The translations under genes were made by a program, and so were the position numbers. DNA of 11,853 nt. Source: Caedimonas varicaedens (GTDB lineage Bacteria > Pseudomonadota > Alphaproteobacteria > Caedimonadales > Caedimonadaceae). Shown here in pieces: positions 1 to 7,771 of the stretch (its first letter is position 1; each line of letters begins with the position of its first letter). The stretch lies in NCBI GenBank assembly GCA_001192655.1, contig BBVC01000066.1, forward strand, positions 1-11,853, read 5' to 3'. Under the pieces are notes generated by a model that saw only the letters and a list, made by a program, of their open reading frames with translations, was not told the DNA's origin and did no database searches.

Positions 1-2374
1 AATGATAAAGATCCTTGGGCTGAGCATCTGCTATAAGGGTTCCAAGTGTTCCCAGTGATATGCGTTTCCCTCTACTATTAATGAGGTAAAGCTCGTCGAG
101 CGTCCAAGGGTAAGTCTTCCCCTGAAGTAGGACTGTATAAAGGATTCCATCCTTTTGAAAAGTTAATGATTTATCTCCACTAAAGAAAATTTCAATCATT
201 TTGGCCATTTGCTTTTGATTGAGATTGAGATCTGCCAAAGTGTTTGTATCCACATCAATCCTGTAGGCTGGAAGATCGAGGCGTAGATCATGACGCACAG
301 AGTCAAAAAGTTTACGATTTTCCACAAGATCTTGAAGTTTGCTCATTTGATCAAAAAGATTTCGATAGCTTTCAGTTGTGGAAACGACAAGAGAAAGCTC
401 AGATCCGCTCATGGCATTATCGAGACCGGGCAACCCGGAATCCCAGCTCCACGGCCAAGCATCTATGGAAGGGAGCGCCATCATGATAGGTCTCAGCGCA
501 TCAACAATTTCAGAAGCTGATCTCTTACGCTCAGAGAGGGATTTTAAGGGCAACATAACACTGCCACCCCAATCACCCATAAATGTCACGACTGCTTTGG
601 CTTCAAGAGTCGAAGAGATCATTTTTTCTATGTTAATAACTTTTTCTTCCAGACTATTGATATCTTTGCCAGGTAAAGCAGGAACATATACTCCGACAAG
701 TCCTCGATCTTCCTTGGGAGCGATTTCTCTCGGCAAGGTTTTGAACAAGAGGAGAGACAATCCCAACGAGGAAAAAGCAACACACAATAAAAGCTTTTTA
801 TGATGAAAAGCGTGTCCTAAACTTTTACTGTAGGCTTTGATCAAACGCTCAAAGAGAAGATCGAGCTGAGGCCATAAATGTTTTGGATTGCCCTTAAGAA
901 TCGTTGCACACATCAAGGGCGAAAGCGTCAAAGCCACAACCCCTGAGATCAGAACGCTTCCTGCAAGAGCTATAGCAAACTCGGTAAAAAGCTGGCCGAG
1001 AGCTCCTTCGATAAAGACGATAGGTGCATAAACGCTGACCAATGTAAGGGTCATGGCAATAATGGCGAACCCTATCTCTTTTGCGCCTTTTAATGCGGCA
1101 TCAAAGGAAGATAAGCCGCTTTCCCGATGGCGCGAGATGTTTTCCAGCACCACAATGGCGTCATCCACCACAAGTCCTACAGCAAGAACCATGGCTAACA
1201 AGGTCATGATATTAATTGAAAACCCAAATACCTTTAAAAGTAAAAGTGTGCCAATCATTGAAATGGGAATAGTGATCAGGGGGATAAGTGTTGCCTTTAT
1301 ATTGCGCAAAAACAAAAACACAATTCCCAATACAAGAATAATGGCTTCCAAAATGGAAGATTGGATATTCTTGAGAGATGCTCTCACGAAATCGGCTTGA
1401 TCTTCCACAATAGATATTTTAATGCCGGATGGAAGACTTTGACGCAGTTCCTCTACCTTCTGATAAACCAGGTCAGAGACAGAAAGAGGATTAGCATCGC
1501 TTGCTTTATTAATTGCAAGACACAGCCCCGGATTTCCGTTAATTCGAACTCGGAACTGCGTATCATCTGTCTTTAGTTCGATATGAGCAACAGATTTAAG
1601 AAAAACAGAATGTTGTTTGTTCTTATCATCCTCAAGATTTTTCTCTTTAATCAGTAAATCCTCATAATCTCGAATTTTTTTTAATTCTGAATTTAAAGTC
1701 GTTGGAACTTCATTTCGAAATTTACCTACCGGCGAGGAGACTCGACTTTTTTCAATGGCTTCATAGATTTCATCTGCATTGACACCAAATGCATACATTT
1801 TTTCAGGATCAAGTGTTACAACATAAGTATAAGGTTGCCCCCATACATCTGCAGAGGCAACTCCCTTTAAACTGCGAAAAGCATTCTTTAGATTAAGATT
1901 GGCATAATGGGTCAGGTCACCAAAATCCATAGAAGAAGATTCAAGAGATATCACCATAAAAGGTGATCCATCAGATTTTCCTTTACGATCGATAACAGGA
2001 TCATTGACTTCTTTGGGCAGACGAGAACGAGAGAGAGCAACAGCATCCCGCACTAAAATCAGTGCACGATCCATAGACATTCCTGAACGAAAGCTTATTT
2101 CAATCCAGCCTGAACCCTGTTTGGAAGTAGAGACCATTGCTTCAAGCCCTTCAACGCCTGCCAGACGGTCTTCAAGCACGTTAATGACCGATGATTCGAC
2201 AAGTTCGGCGCTTGCGTTGGGATAAAAAGCCTGAACAGTCAGAGTCGGGAACTCGACATCAGGGTATTCCCTCACGGGCAAAGAAAAAAAACAAAGAAAA
2301 CCCAATAAAATAATCATTCCATTCAAGATAAGAGAAATGACAGGATGCTTTATAAAATAGGTGGTGATATTCAT
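1..2374 (-). CDS. RND (HAE1/AcrB-type) efflux permease, N-terminal ~791 codons; 3' end lies beyond the left window edge
   Basis: My manual reverse-strand translation from ATG 2374..2372 stays open to position 2. It reads MNITTYFIKHPVISLILNGMIILLGFLCFFSLPVREYPDVEFPTLTVQAFYPNASAELVESSVINVLEDRLAGVEGLE... and later ...LAMVLAVGLVVDDAIVVLENISRH...IGFAIIAMTLTLVSVYAPIVFIEGALGQLFTEF..., the classic RND TM1/porter/TM4 (VVDDAIVV.ENI) signatures. The start overlaps the adaptor stop (ATGA at 2371-2374). It is absent from the supplied ORF track only because it has no in-window stop. Confidence 0.9.
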   Translation of the reverse strand, partial: MNITTYFIKHPVISLILNGMIILLGFLCFFSLPVREYPDVEFPTLTVQAFYPNASAELVESSVINVLEDRLAGVEGLEAMVSTSKQGSGWIEISFRSGMSMDRALILVRDAVALSRSRLPKEVNDPVIDRKGKSDGSPFMVISLESSSMDFGDLTHYANLNLKNAFRSLKGVASADVWGQPYTYVVTLDPEKMYAFGVNADEIYEAIEKSRVSSPVGKFRNEVPTTLNSELKKIRDYEDLLIKEKNLEDDKNKQHSVFLKSVAHIELKTDDTQFRVRINGNPGLCLAINKASDANPLSVSDLVYQKVEELRQSLPSGIKISIVEDQADFVRASLKNIQSSILEAIILVLGIVFLFLRNIKATLIPLITIPISMIGTLLLLKVFGFSINIMTLLAMVLAVGLVVDDAIVVLENISRHRESGLSSFDAALKGAKEIGFAIIAMTLTLVSVYAPIVFIEGALGQLFTEFAIALAGSVLISGVVALTLSPLMCATILKGNPKHLWPQLDLLFERLIKAYSKSLGHAFHHKKLLLCVAFSSLGLSLLLFKTLPREIAPKEDRGLVGVYVPALPGKDINSLEEKVINIEKMISSTLEAKAVVTFMGDWGGSVMLPLKSLSERKRSASEIVDALRPIMMALPSIDAWPWSWDSGLPGLDNAMSGSELSLVVSTTESYRNLFDQMSKLQDLVENRKLFDSVRHDLRLDLPAYRIDVDTNTLADLNLNQKQMAKMIEIFFSGDKSLTFQKDGILYTVLLQGKTYPWTLDELYLINSRGKRISLGTLGTLIADAQPKDLYH

Positions 2375-3423
2375 TTTTGACCCGGCAAATGAGAAGCGGT
2401 CGCCTGATGATAGATTTTAACAGCGATATCAGGGTGAAGACGCGCTTGTCCCCGCGCAATAAGGATATCTCCTTTCTGTAATCCTGACGTAATTTCTACG
2501 TCTTCCTTTTCACGCATTCCCAAATTTACAGGAGTCAAACCAGCCTTATTTTCCTTTACACAGTAGACAAACGTCTTACCATTGCGTAAAAAAACAGCTT
2601 CAAAAGGAATAACAATGACTTTTTCCTTGCGTTGAACAGTAAGGTCAACATCAATCCCGGCTCCAATAACACAATTCTCGCATGAGAAATCCACATAAGC
2701 GGGAGACATATGGGTTTCTTCATCAATCATTTTTTGTACTTTGGTTAATGTATAGGATGTCCTCTGTATTCTGACGGGCTGCCCTTCATGAATAAAAGTC
2801 ATCACAGAAGCAGGAATACCGAATTCAACCATCAGGGAAGCAGGGTCATAGAAGCTGACAATCGGGTCTCCTTCCTGAACCTGGGCACCTTCTCGCGCCT
2901 TGAAAATCCCAATAGTGCCATCAAAAGGCGCTTGGAACCTTATTTTTTCAAATTCGATTTTTGCTTCAGACATTTTCTTCTGAGCCTCAATCCAAAGCCG
3001 TTTTTTCTCTTCAACAATGCTTTTACTGAGGTGACCTGATTTATGAAGGAGCAAGGCTCTTTCGTACTGATCTCGGGCAAGCTTTTCAACAGATTCAGAA
3101 AGGAGATAACTTCTTTCGATTTCATTGTTATCAATTTTGGCAATCAATGTCCCTTTTTTAACAACTTGGCCTGCAGGTAAAAGTGAATCCAGAATACCAG
3201 CCGTTTTAGCGATTAAAACAGTGGAATTTTTCGGTTTAATTGTTCCGATCAAACGGATTGTTTGTTGAATATCTTTGATTCCCACCTCTTCCACTTCAAC
3301 AACTTTAATATCTGTTTCCTGAGGTGTAGCGGAATTTCTGGATATAAAAAACCAATACCCCAGAAAAAGGGACAAGGCAAGTATCGCCAGGATGAACCAA
3401 ATTAATTTTCGGGTGGCTTTCAT
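2371..3423 (-). CDS. RND efflux periplasmic adaptor (membrane fusion protein, HlyD/AcrA family)
   Basis: 350-aa ORF. It has an N-terminal membrane anchor (KLIWFILAILALSLFLGYWFF), a lipoyl-like motif (GQVVKKGTLIAKID), a coiled-coil hairpin segment, a QAPFDGTIG beta-barrel motif and VIPFEAVFLRNGKTFVYCV. It is translationally coupled (4-bp overlap) to the downstream RND permease. Confidence 0.85.
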   Translation of the reverse strand: MKATRKLIWFILAILALSLFLGYWFFISRNSATPQETDIKVVEVEEVGIKDIQQTIRLIGTIKPKNSTVLIAKTAGILDSLLPAGQVVKKGTLIAKIDNNEIERSYLLSESVEKLARDQYERALLLHKSGHLSKSIVEEKKRLWIEAQKKMSEAKIEFEKIRFQAPFDGTIGIFKAREGAQVQEGDPIVSFYDPASLMVEFGIPASVMTFIHEGQPVRIQRTSYTLTKVQKMIDEETHMSPAYVDFSCENCVIGAGIDVDLTVQRKEKVIVIPFEAVFLRNGKTFVYCVKENKAGLTPVNLGMREKEDVEITSGLQKGDILIARGQARLHPDIAVKIYHQATASHLPGQK

Positions 3424-3455
3424 GATTTTGGGTACTTCTTAAAGGTAATCAGAAT

Positions 3456-3483
3456 TTTATACAGTATAAATATGGTTCTGCAA
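3456..3483 (-). promoter_or_regulatory. Candidate sigma70-type promoter for the adaptor/RND genes, with a 15-bp palindrome over the -10
   Basis: Minus strand reads TTGCAG (3483..3478) - 16 nt - TATAAA (3461..3456). The perfect palindrome TTTATAC-N1-GTATAAA spans 3456..3470. Pattern match only, in AT-rich DNA. Confidence 0.3.
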
Positions 3484-3493
3484 ACTTCTTTTA

Positions 3494-4327
3494 TTACTTT
3501 GTGAATAGTTTAAAGAGCTCATTTTTTGAGTCAATCATTGCTTTTACACTCAATAAATCCAACCATACGAATCTTTTTTGACCTGGTGAGCGCAGTAAAT
3601 AAGCAGGATGAAAAGTTGCCAGCGTCTTGATTGGTTTCTTGAGTCCAGCACTTTGATAAGCGTGCCATTTTCCCCGAAGTTTGACAATACCTTCATTAGT
3701 TTTCAATAATGTTTTTGCAGCTGTTCCCCCCACGAGGATAAGGATTTCAGGCGAAACAAGCTCGATGTGACGCTCAATAAAAGGCAAAAACAGGGCGGTT
3801 TCATGAGGGGTCGGTTGTCGATTTCCAGGCGGACGCCAAGGAAGGATATTGCTGATATAAATTTTGGTACGATCCAGTCCAATCGCAGCAAAGGCGCGAT
3901 CCAGTAGCTGCCCGCTCACTCCCACAAAAGGAACTCCCAGGCGATCCTCATCCGCTCCTGGCGCCTCTCCCACAACCATAATAGAGGCATCAGGGTTTCC
4001 ATCTGCAAAGACAAGATGCGTCGCTGTTTTTTTTAAGGGGCAATCCTCAAATTTTTCAAGCGCATTCCGTAATTCTGCTAACGTCCTTGAGCTTTGCGCC
4101 AGCTTATAAGCGCCCTGCATGTCCTGAGGCACAGATAAAAGCCGGGAAGATTCTGCTCCATCGTCATCATCATTTTCAGGAAAAGACTGTTGTTTTGACG
4201 GCATAGAGAATAGTTCATCCTTAAAAGTCGTTTTATCAGTAGGAACATCACTCACCAGAATATCGATGCCAAGTTCGCGCTGAAATTCCAACAGATCCAG
4301 GACATTTTGTCGGGATGCTGGGCTCAT
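3494..4327 (-). CDS. Family-4-type uracil-DNA glycosylase (SPO1 DNA-polymerase-related UDG family) with an ~80-aa N-terminal extension
   Basis: 277-aa ORF. Motif A is VGEAPGADEDRLGVPFVGVSGQLLD and motif B is FHPAYLLRSP. The start ATG overlaps the aroK stop (ATGA at 4324-4327). Confidence 0.8.
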   Translation of the reverse strand: MSPASRQNVLDLLEFQRELGIDILVSDVPTDKTTFKDELFSMPSKQQSFPENDDDDGAESSRLLSVPQDMQGAYKLAQSSRTLAELRNALEKFEDCPLKKTATHLVFADGNPDASIMVVGEAPGADEDRLGVPFVGVSGQLLDRAFAAIGLDRTKIYISNILPWRPPGNRQPTPHETALFLPFIERHIELVSPEILILVGGTAAKTLLKTNEGIVKLRGKWHAYQSAGLKKPIKTLATFHPAYLLRSPGQKRFVWLDLLSVKAMIDSKNELFKLFTK

Positions 4328-4866
4328 TTCCAGAAACGCGTTTCAAGTTCGTCGATAATTTTATCCACAGTCAGGTCTGCAGACTGATGATCGCATTCGA
4401 TCTGAATATCGGCTTCTGCATAAATAGGATAATATTCATTAATCAGTTGTTCAAGAATTTCCTGCTTATTTCCTTTTTCCAGCTGGGGACGATGAGAGCG
4501 ATGGGCGACACGGGGATAAATGGTATCAAGAGACGCATTAAGCCAGACAGAGTAGGAATTCTCCTTAATGATTCTCCTCGTCTCAGGATCAATGAAAGCT
4601 TCTACGCCCGTCGATAGGATATGAGGACGTTCTGATAATAAACGACTGATCACTCGACGTTCCGTGTCTTTGAAAGCCTGTTCACCATACCACTCATAGA
4701 TATTTGAGACAGTTTGTCCTGCGGCACTCTCAACTTCCTGGTCTGAATCCCGAAACATGACGCTCAATTGTTTTGCTAGTTTACGACCAACACTGGTCTT
4801 ACCTACTCCCATCATGCCAACAAGTGTTATTGTCTTCGGTAAAATAATGAGTCGTGCAGTAGTCAT
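4324..4866 (-). CDS. aroK: Shikimate kinase
   Basis: 180-aa ORF with Walker A GMMGVGKTSVGRKLA followed by FRDSDQEVE (the shikimate kinase D-x-D region). Size is typical for AroK. Confidence 0.85.
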   Translation of the reverse strand: MTTARLIILPKTITLVGMMGVGKTSVGRKLAKQLSVMFRDSDQEVESAAGQTVSNIYEWYGEQAFKDTERRVISRLLSERPHILSTGVEAFIDPETRRIIKENSYSVWLNASLDTIYPRVAHRSHRPQLEKGNKQEILEQLINEYYPIYAEADIQIECDHQSADLTVDKIIDELETRFWK

Positions 4867-4969
4867 CCTCTTTTTTAACCCTTCCTATAAAAGAACTCCA
4901 AAAAAATGATGGATCCTCTGCTCTGTTATCGTATACTGCGAGGCGAGATGCAAGAGGGAGAAATTCAAG

Positions 4970-5113
4970 ATGGGCATACCTTTAAAAATTCTGTGGATTG
5001 TTATAAGCCTGATTCTTGTGGCAGGAGTTTTTATTCTTTCAATGTGGGGAATCCCTGTACCAAAAACCGAGGTTCGAAAATCTATTCCTACTGAACAATT
5101 CTTCAAGAAATAA
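4970..5113 (+). CDS. Small single-pass membrane protein (47 aa), hypothetical; not in the supplied ORF track
   Basis: ATG at 4970 is preceded by GAGGGAG (4953-4959), about 10 nt upstream. Translation is MGIPLKILWIVISLILVAGVFILSMWGIPVPKTEVRKSIPTEQFFKK, with TAA at 5111-5113. It has one clean hydrophobic helix followed by a charged tail, and is divergent from aroK. Confidence 0.55.
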   Translation: MGIPLKILWIVISLILVAGVFILSMWGIPVPKTEVRKSIPTEQFFKK

Positions 5114-5128
5114 GACCTGGATTTATAA

Positions 5129-5205
5129 TGGTCGGAGCGGCGGGATTCGAACCCACGACCCCCACACCCCCAGTGTGATGCGCTACCAGGCTGCGCTACG
5201 CTCCG
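5129..5205 (-). tRNA. tRNA-Pro (anticodon GGG), 77 nt with encoded CCA
   Basis: Reverse complement is CGGAGCG TA GCGC AGCCTGGTA GCGC A TCACA CTGGGGG TGTGG GGGTC GTGGG TTCGAAT CCCGC CGCTCCG A CCA. This gives a full cloverleaf with a 7-bp acceptor stem, a T-loop TTCGAAT and anticodon loop CT-GGG-GG. Confidence 0.93.
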
Positions 5206-5216
5206 ATCATGGGCGG

Positions 5217-5245
5217 ACTATATCGAGGATAAAGAGTTAAGGCAA
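5217..5245 (-). promoter_or_regulatory. Candidate promoter for tRNA-Pro
   Basis: Minus strand reads TTGCCT (5245..5240) - 17 nt - TATAGT (5222..5217). A GC-rich discriminator CCGCCC follows, and the tRNA 5' end lies 11 nt downstream of the -10. This is typical stable-RNA promoter architecture. Confidence 0.45.
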
Positions 5246-5410
5246 GACGGAAAAATGGGACTTGATCCTCTTAAAAAAATCTATTCCTAAAACATTTCAC
5301 CAGTCAGACAAAAAAGCTGAATAAAAAGAGTATTGGTTGAAAAGATTTTCATTTTTTACTTGATCAAAAATTACCGAATAGGTAGTGTTCCCTTGTTTTT
5401 GGCATTAATT

Positions 5411-5448
5411 TTGCCAAGATTAATCATCTTTTGTATGATGATTAATCT
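5411..5448 (+). promoter_or_regulatory. Candidate ppa promoter overlapped by a perfect 12-bp inverted repeat (possible operator)
   Basis: TTGCCA (5411-5416) - 17 nt - TATGAT (5434-5439). The inverted repeat AGATTAATCATC (5417-5428) / GATGATTAATCT (5437-5448) has an 8-nt spacer and covers the promoter spacer, the -10 and the predicted start site. The RBS AAAGGA follows at 5455-5460. Confidence 0.4.
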
Positions 5449-5467
5449 ATACTCAAAGGAAAAATAA

Positions 5468-5992
5468 ATGAATCTTGCTCATATATCTGCTGGAGAAAAT
5501 TTGCCCTGGGATGTCAATGTGCTTATTGAAATTCCTTATGGGGGTCCCCCTGTAAAATATGAAATTCATAAGGAATCTGGCGCATTATTTGTAGATCGAT
5601 TTTTGCATACAGCGATGTATTACCCCGCCAATTATGGATTTATCCCCCATACACTGGCCGATGATGGAGATCCCCTGGATGCTTTGGTCATCGCCAAAAC
5701 ACCGGTCATTCCCGGGGCTATTGTTCGTTCTCGTCCCATTGGCGTTCTTTTCATGGAAGATGAAGCGGGTGAGGATGAGAAATTACTCATGGTTCCTGTG
5801 GATAAACTGAATCCTTATTATTCAAACATTAAGAGTTATGAAGATTTGCCTGCTATCCTGAGAGATCAAATTGCCCATTTTTTTAAGCATTACAAAGATC
5901 TTGAAGTAGGGAAATGGGTTAAAATCAAAAAATGGGGTTCGGCCCAGGAAGCGGCTGATCTGATCCTGAAATGTTATCATAATAACCAGTGA
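5468..5992 (+). CDS. ppa: Inorganic pyrophosphatase, family I
   Basis: 174-aa ORF with VKYEIHKESGALFVDRFL, YPANYGFIPHTLADDGDPLDALV (the PPase signature D-[SGDN]-D-[PE]-[LIVMF]-D) and MEDEAGEDEKLL. Confidence 0.93.
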   Translation: MNLAHISAGENLPWDVNVLIEIPYGGPPVKYEIHKESGALFVDRFLHTAMYYPANYGFIPHTLADDGDPLDALVIAKTPVIPGAIVRSRPIGVLFMEDEAGEDEKLLMVPVDKLNPYYSNIKSYEDLPAILRDQIAHFFKHYKDLEVGKWVKIKKWGSAQEAADLILKCYHNNQ

Positions 5993-6838
5993 TTACCCAC
6001 TCTTTCCTGTCATTTCCTGTTCGTCAGAAGCGAGAAAAACTTTAAGACGTTGACGATGATTCTTTACGCTGAAGGGAATCGTTATAAGATAAACCAAAAT
6101 CAGAAAGGAAAAAGTCAGCCATAAATCGCTCAAAAGCGCAGCAACAGCTCCGCCTACCAGTAACATTGCCAACGGAACCATCTTTCGCGGTATTTGGGTG
6201 TTTTTAAATGAATAGGTAGGAAGACGACTAATCGCAAGAATACCTGCGCCTACCATAAATAAAGAGCAAATCACGGGGTTTATAAAAAGCTTTTGTCCTG
6301 TTGCAAGGTAAAGCGAGAGAGGGCATAAGGAGATGAAAGCACTGGCGGGAGCCGGCACGCCTGTGAAGAAGTCTTTTTTCCAGCCTGGTTGCTGTGTTAA
6401 TGCTGATGCACGCAGGTTGGTATTAAACCGCGCAAGGCGCAATCCCATACACACACAAAAAATAAGGCTCATCCCCCATCCAATCCCCCCCAGATACTTA
6501 AGGGAAATCAGGTACATTACCACCGCAGGAGCCACGCCAAAACTGACAAAGTCTGAAAGAGAATCAAGCTCGGCACCAAAATCACTGGCTGACCCAAGAA
6601 GACGCGCCAATCTGCCATCCATTGCATCAAAGAAAGCTGCAACAATAATGGCTCCCAGAGCGTACTCATAACGCTCAAGCAAGATAAAGCGGATAGAAGA
6701 AAGCCCCGTGCAAAGCGCAATGACTGTTGCAATATTGGGAAGCATTCGCGCCATGGAAAGATCCTGCAGACGCGATCGATGAGAAACGCTCAGACGATTC
6801 AATCCTTTCAGGCGACCTGTTTTTCCTTTTTTATTCAT
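5993..6838 (-). CDS. pssA: CDP-diacylglycerol--serine O-phosphatidyltransferase (CDP-alcohol phosphatidyltransferase family)
   Basis: 281-aa polytopic membrane ORF carrying DAMDGRLARLLGSASDFGAELDSLSD, which matches D-x2-DG-x2-AR-x8-G-x3-D-x3-D. Its start overlaps the psd stop by 1 nt (TAATG, 6836-6840). The exact start (M1 versus the internal MARMLPN) is not resolved. Confidence 0.88.
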   Translation of the reverse strand: MNKKGKTGRLKGLNRLSVSHRSRLQDLSMARMLPNIATVIALCTGLSSIRFILLERYEYALGAIIVAAFFDAMDGRLARLLGSASDFGAELDSLSDFVSFGVAPAVVMYLISLKYLGGIGWGMSLIFCVCMGLRLARFNTNLRASALTQQPGWKKDFFTGVPAPASAFISLCPLSLYLATGQKLFINPVICSLFMVGAGILAISRLPTYSFKNTQIPRKMVPLAMLLVGGAVAALLSDLWLTFSFLILVYLITIPFSVKNHRQRLKVFLASDEQEMTGKSG

Positions 6839-7524
6839 TATCTTATTTCGCCTACACGCTCAGGTTCCTGAGAAGAGAAATCAGCAATAATTGTCTCTCC
6901 CCCAATCACTCGTTGACCTTCAATGACAAGAGGAGAAAGGCCTTTAGGCAAATAAATGTCAACACGACTTCCAAAGCGAATCATACCAAACCTCTCTCCT
7001 GACCGCACCTCTTGTTTTTCCTGGACATCGCATAGAATGCGACGTGCGATAAGTCCCGCGATTTGGACAAAAGCAATTTCTCGCCCTTTTTTATCCATCA
7101 GTGTCAAAGCCTGACGTTCGTTATGCTCACTGGCTTTATCCAGAGAGGCATTAAAAAATTTTCCGGGATGGTAGACGCTTTTGGTAATTGTTCCATCACA
7201 GGGGATGCGATTGACATGCACGTCAAAAACGCTCAGAAAAATGCTGACCCGTTTCCAATCTTCGCCTTTCATTCCCAACTCTTGAGGAGGATTAGCCTGG
7301 ACAATCGCCTGGACAAATCCATCGGCAGGGCTGATCACGAGATCAGGACGAATAGGTGTCACCCGCTCAGGGTCTCGAAAGAAATAGACGCACCAGCCCG
7401 TCAGGATAACGCCAATCCATCCCAAAGTGTCTGATATCAATCCCAGTATTACGGCACACACAAGGAAAATAGCGACAAAAACCCATCCCTCACGATGAAG
7501 AGGCGCTAAAACAGGAACACGCAT
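6838..7524 (-). CDS. psd: Phosphatidylserine decarboxylase proenzyme (short, alphaproteobacterial/archaetidylserine-decarboxylase-like type)
   Basis: 228-aa ORF with N-terminal TM helices, ISPADG and [23 protein letters not shown] is the candidate G185/S186 self-cleavage (pyruvoyl-forming) site at nt 6967-6972. The RBS GAAGGA lies 7 nt upstream of the ATG. It is followed by pssA, as in known psd-pssA operons. Confidence 0.88.
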   Translation of the reverse strand: MRVPVLAPLHREGWVFVAIFLVCAVILGLISDTLGWIGVILTGWCVYFFRDPERVTPIRPDLVISPADGFVQAIVQANPPQELGMKGEDWKRVSIFLSVFDVHVNRIPCDGTITKSVYHPGKFFNASLDKASEHNERQALTLMDKKGREIAFVQIAGLIARRILCDVQEKQEVRSGERFGMIRFGSRVDIYLPKGLSPLVIEGQRVIGGETIIADFSSQEPERVGEIR

Positions 7525-7557
7525 GAAGTTATCCTTCTCTTTATAATTGACGTCTAT

Positions 7558-7586
7558 AATCTAAAGCTTTTAGCACCTAATGTAAA
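7558..7586 (-). promoter_or_regulatory. Candidate promoter for psd-pssA
   Basis: Minus strand reads TTTACA (7586..7581) - 17 nt - TAGATT (7563..7558), about 35 nt upstream of the psd ATG. Pattern match only. Confidence 0.3.
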
Positions 7587-7771
7587 TTTGAAATCATAGG
7601 ATCAGGACGTTTTGGTATTTACTCTCGAGACTGGACACAAAGGAAGAATTTGGTTAGGATGCCCCAGAAATCAAATGGTTGAGCCACGGGGGAAAGCTTA
7701 TATACCCAAAAGTACGGAGGGCAAAGGAATCCTAAGTTCCAATATCTCCTCTCTTGAAAGGATCAGGTTTT

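Noticed and set aside
244-2225. Plus-strand ORFs from the track (244..486, 290..520, 378..803, 1053..1400, 1361..1576, 2004..2225)
   Set aside because: All lie antisense to a continuous minus-strand frame whose translation is an unmistakable RND permease. They have low-complexity or odd composition and no SD, so they are shadow ORFs.
2259-2459. 66-aa minus-strand ORF spanning the adaptor/permease junction
   Set aside because: It is out of frame with both real genes and overlaps their coupled ATGA junction. Its sequence has no protein-like features.
3456-3470. TACTGTATAAA resembling an E. coli-type SOS (LexA) half-site next to a DNA-repair gene
   Set aside because: There is no CTGT-N8-ACAG arrangement, and alphaproteobacterial LexA boxes are GTTC-N7-GTTC direct repeats. 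I treat it only as a generic palindrome.
5129-5205. tRNA-Pro as a genomic-island or prophage integration site
   Set aside because: There is no integrase, no phage or conjugation genes, and I noticed no direct repeat of the tRNA 3' half on either side. The flanks are housekeeping genes.
4885-5240. ORFs 4885..5106 (-), 4906..5094 (+) and 5016..5240 (+)
   Set aside because: 5016..5240 reads straight through the tRNA-Pro gene. The other two lack an SD and compete with the better-supported 47-aa TM micro-ORF.
7700-7735. ACGGAGGGCAAAGG resembling the GGGCAAA core of a c-di-GMP-I (GEMM) riboswitch, tempting because a GGDEF-EAL gene lies nearby
   Set aside because: Only a short core-like string matches. 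The paired P1/P2 architecture, the tetraloop/receptor and the conserved ACGCAAAGCC segment are not present.
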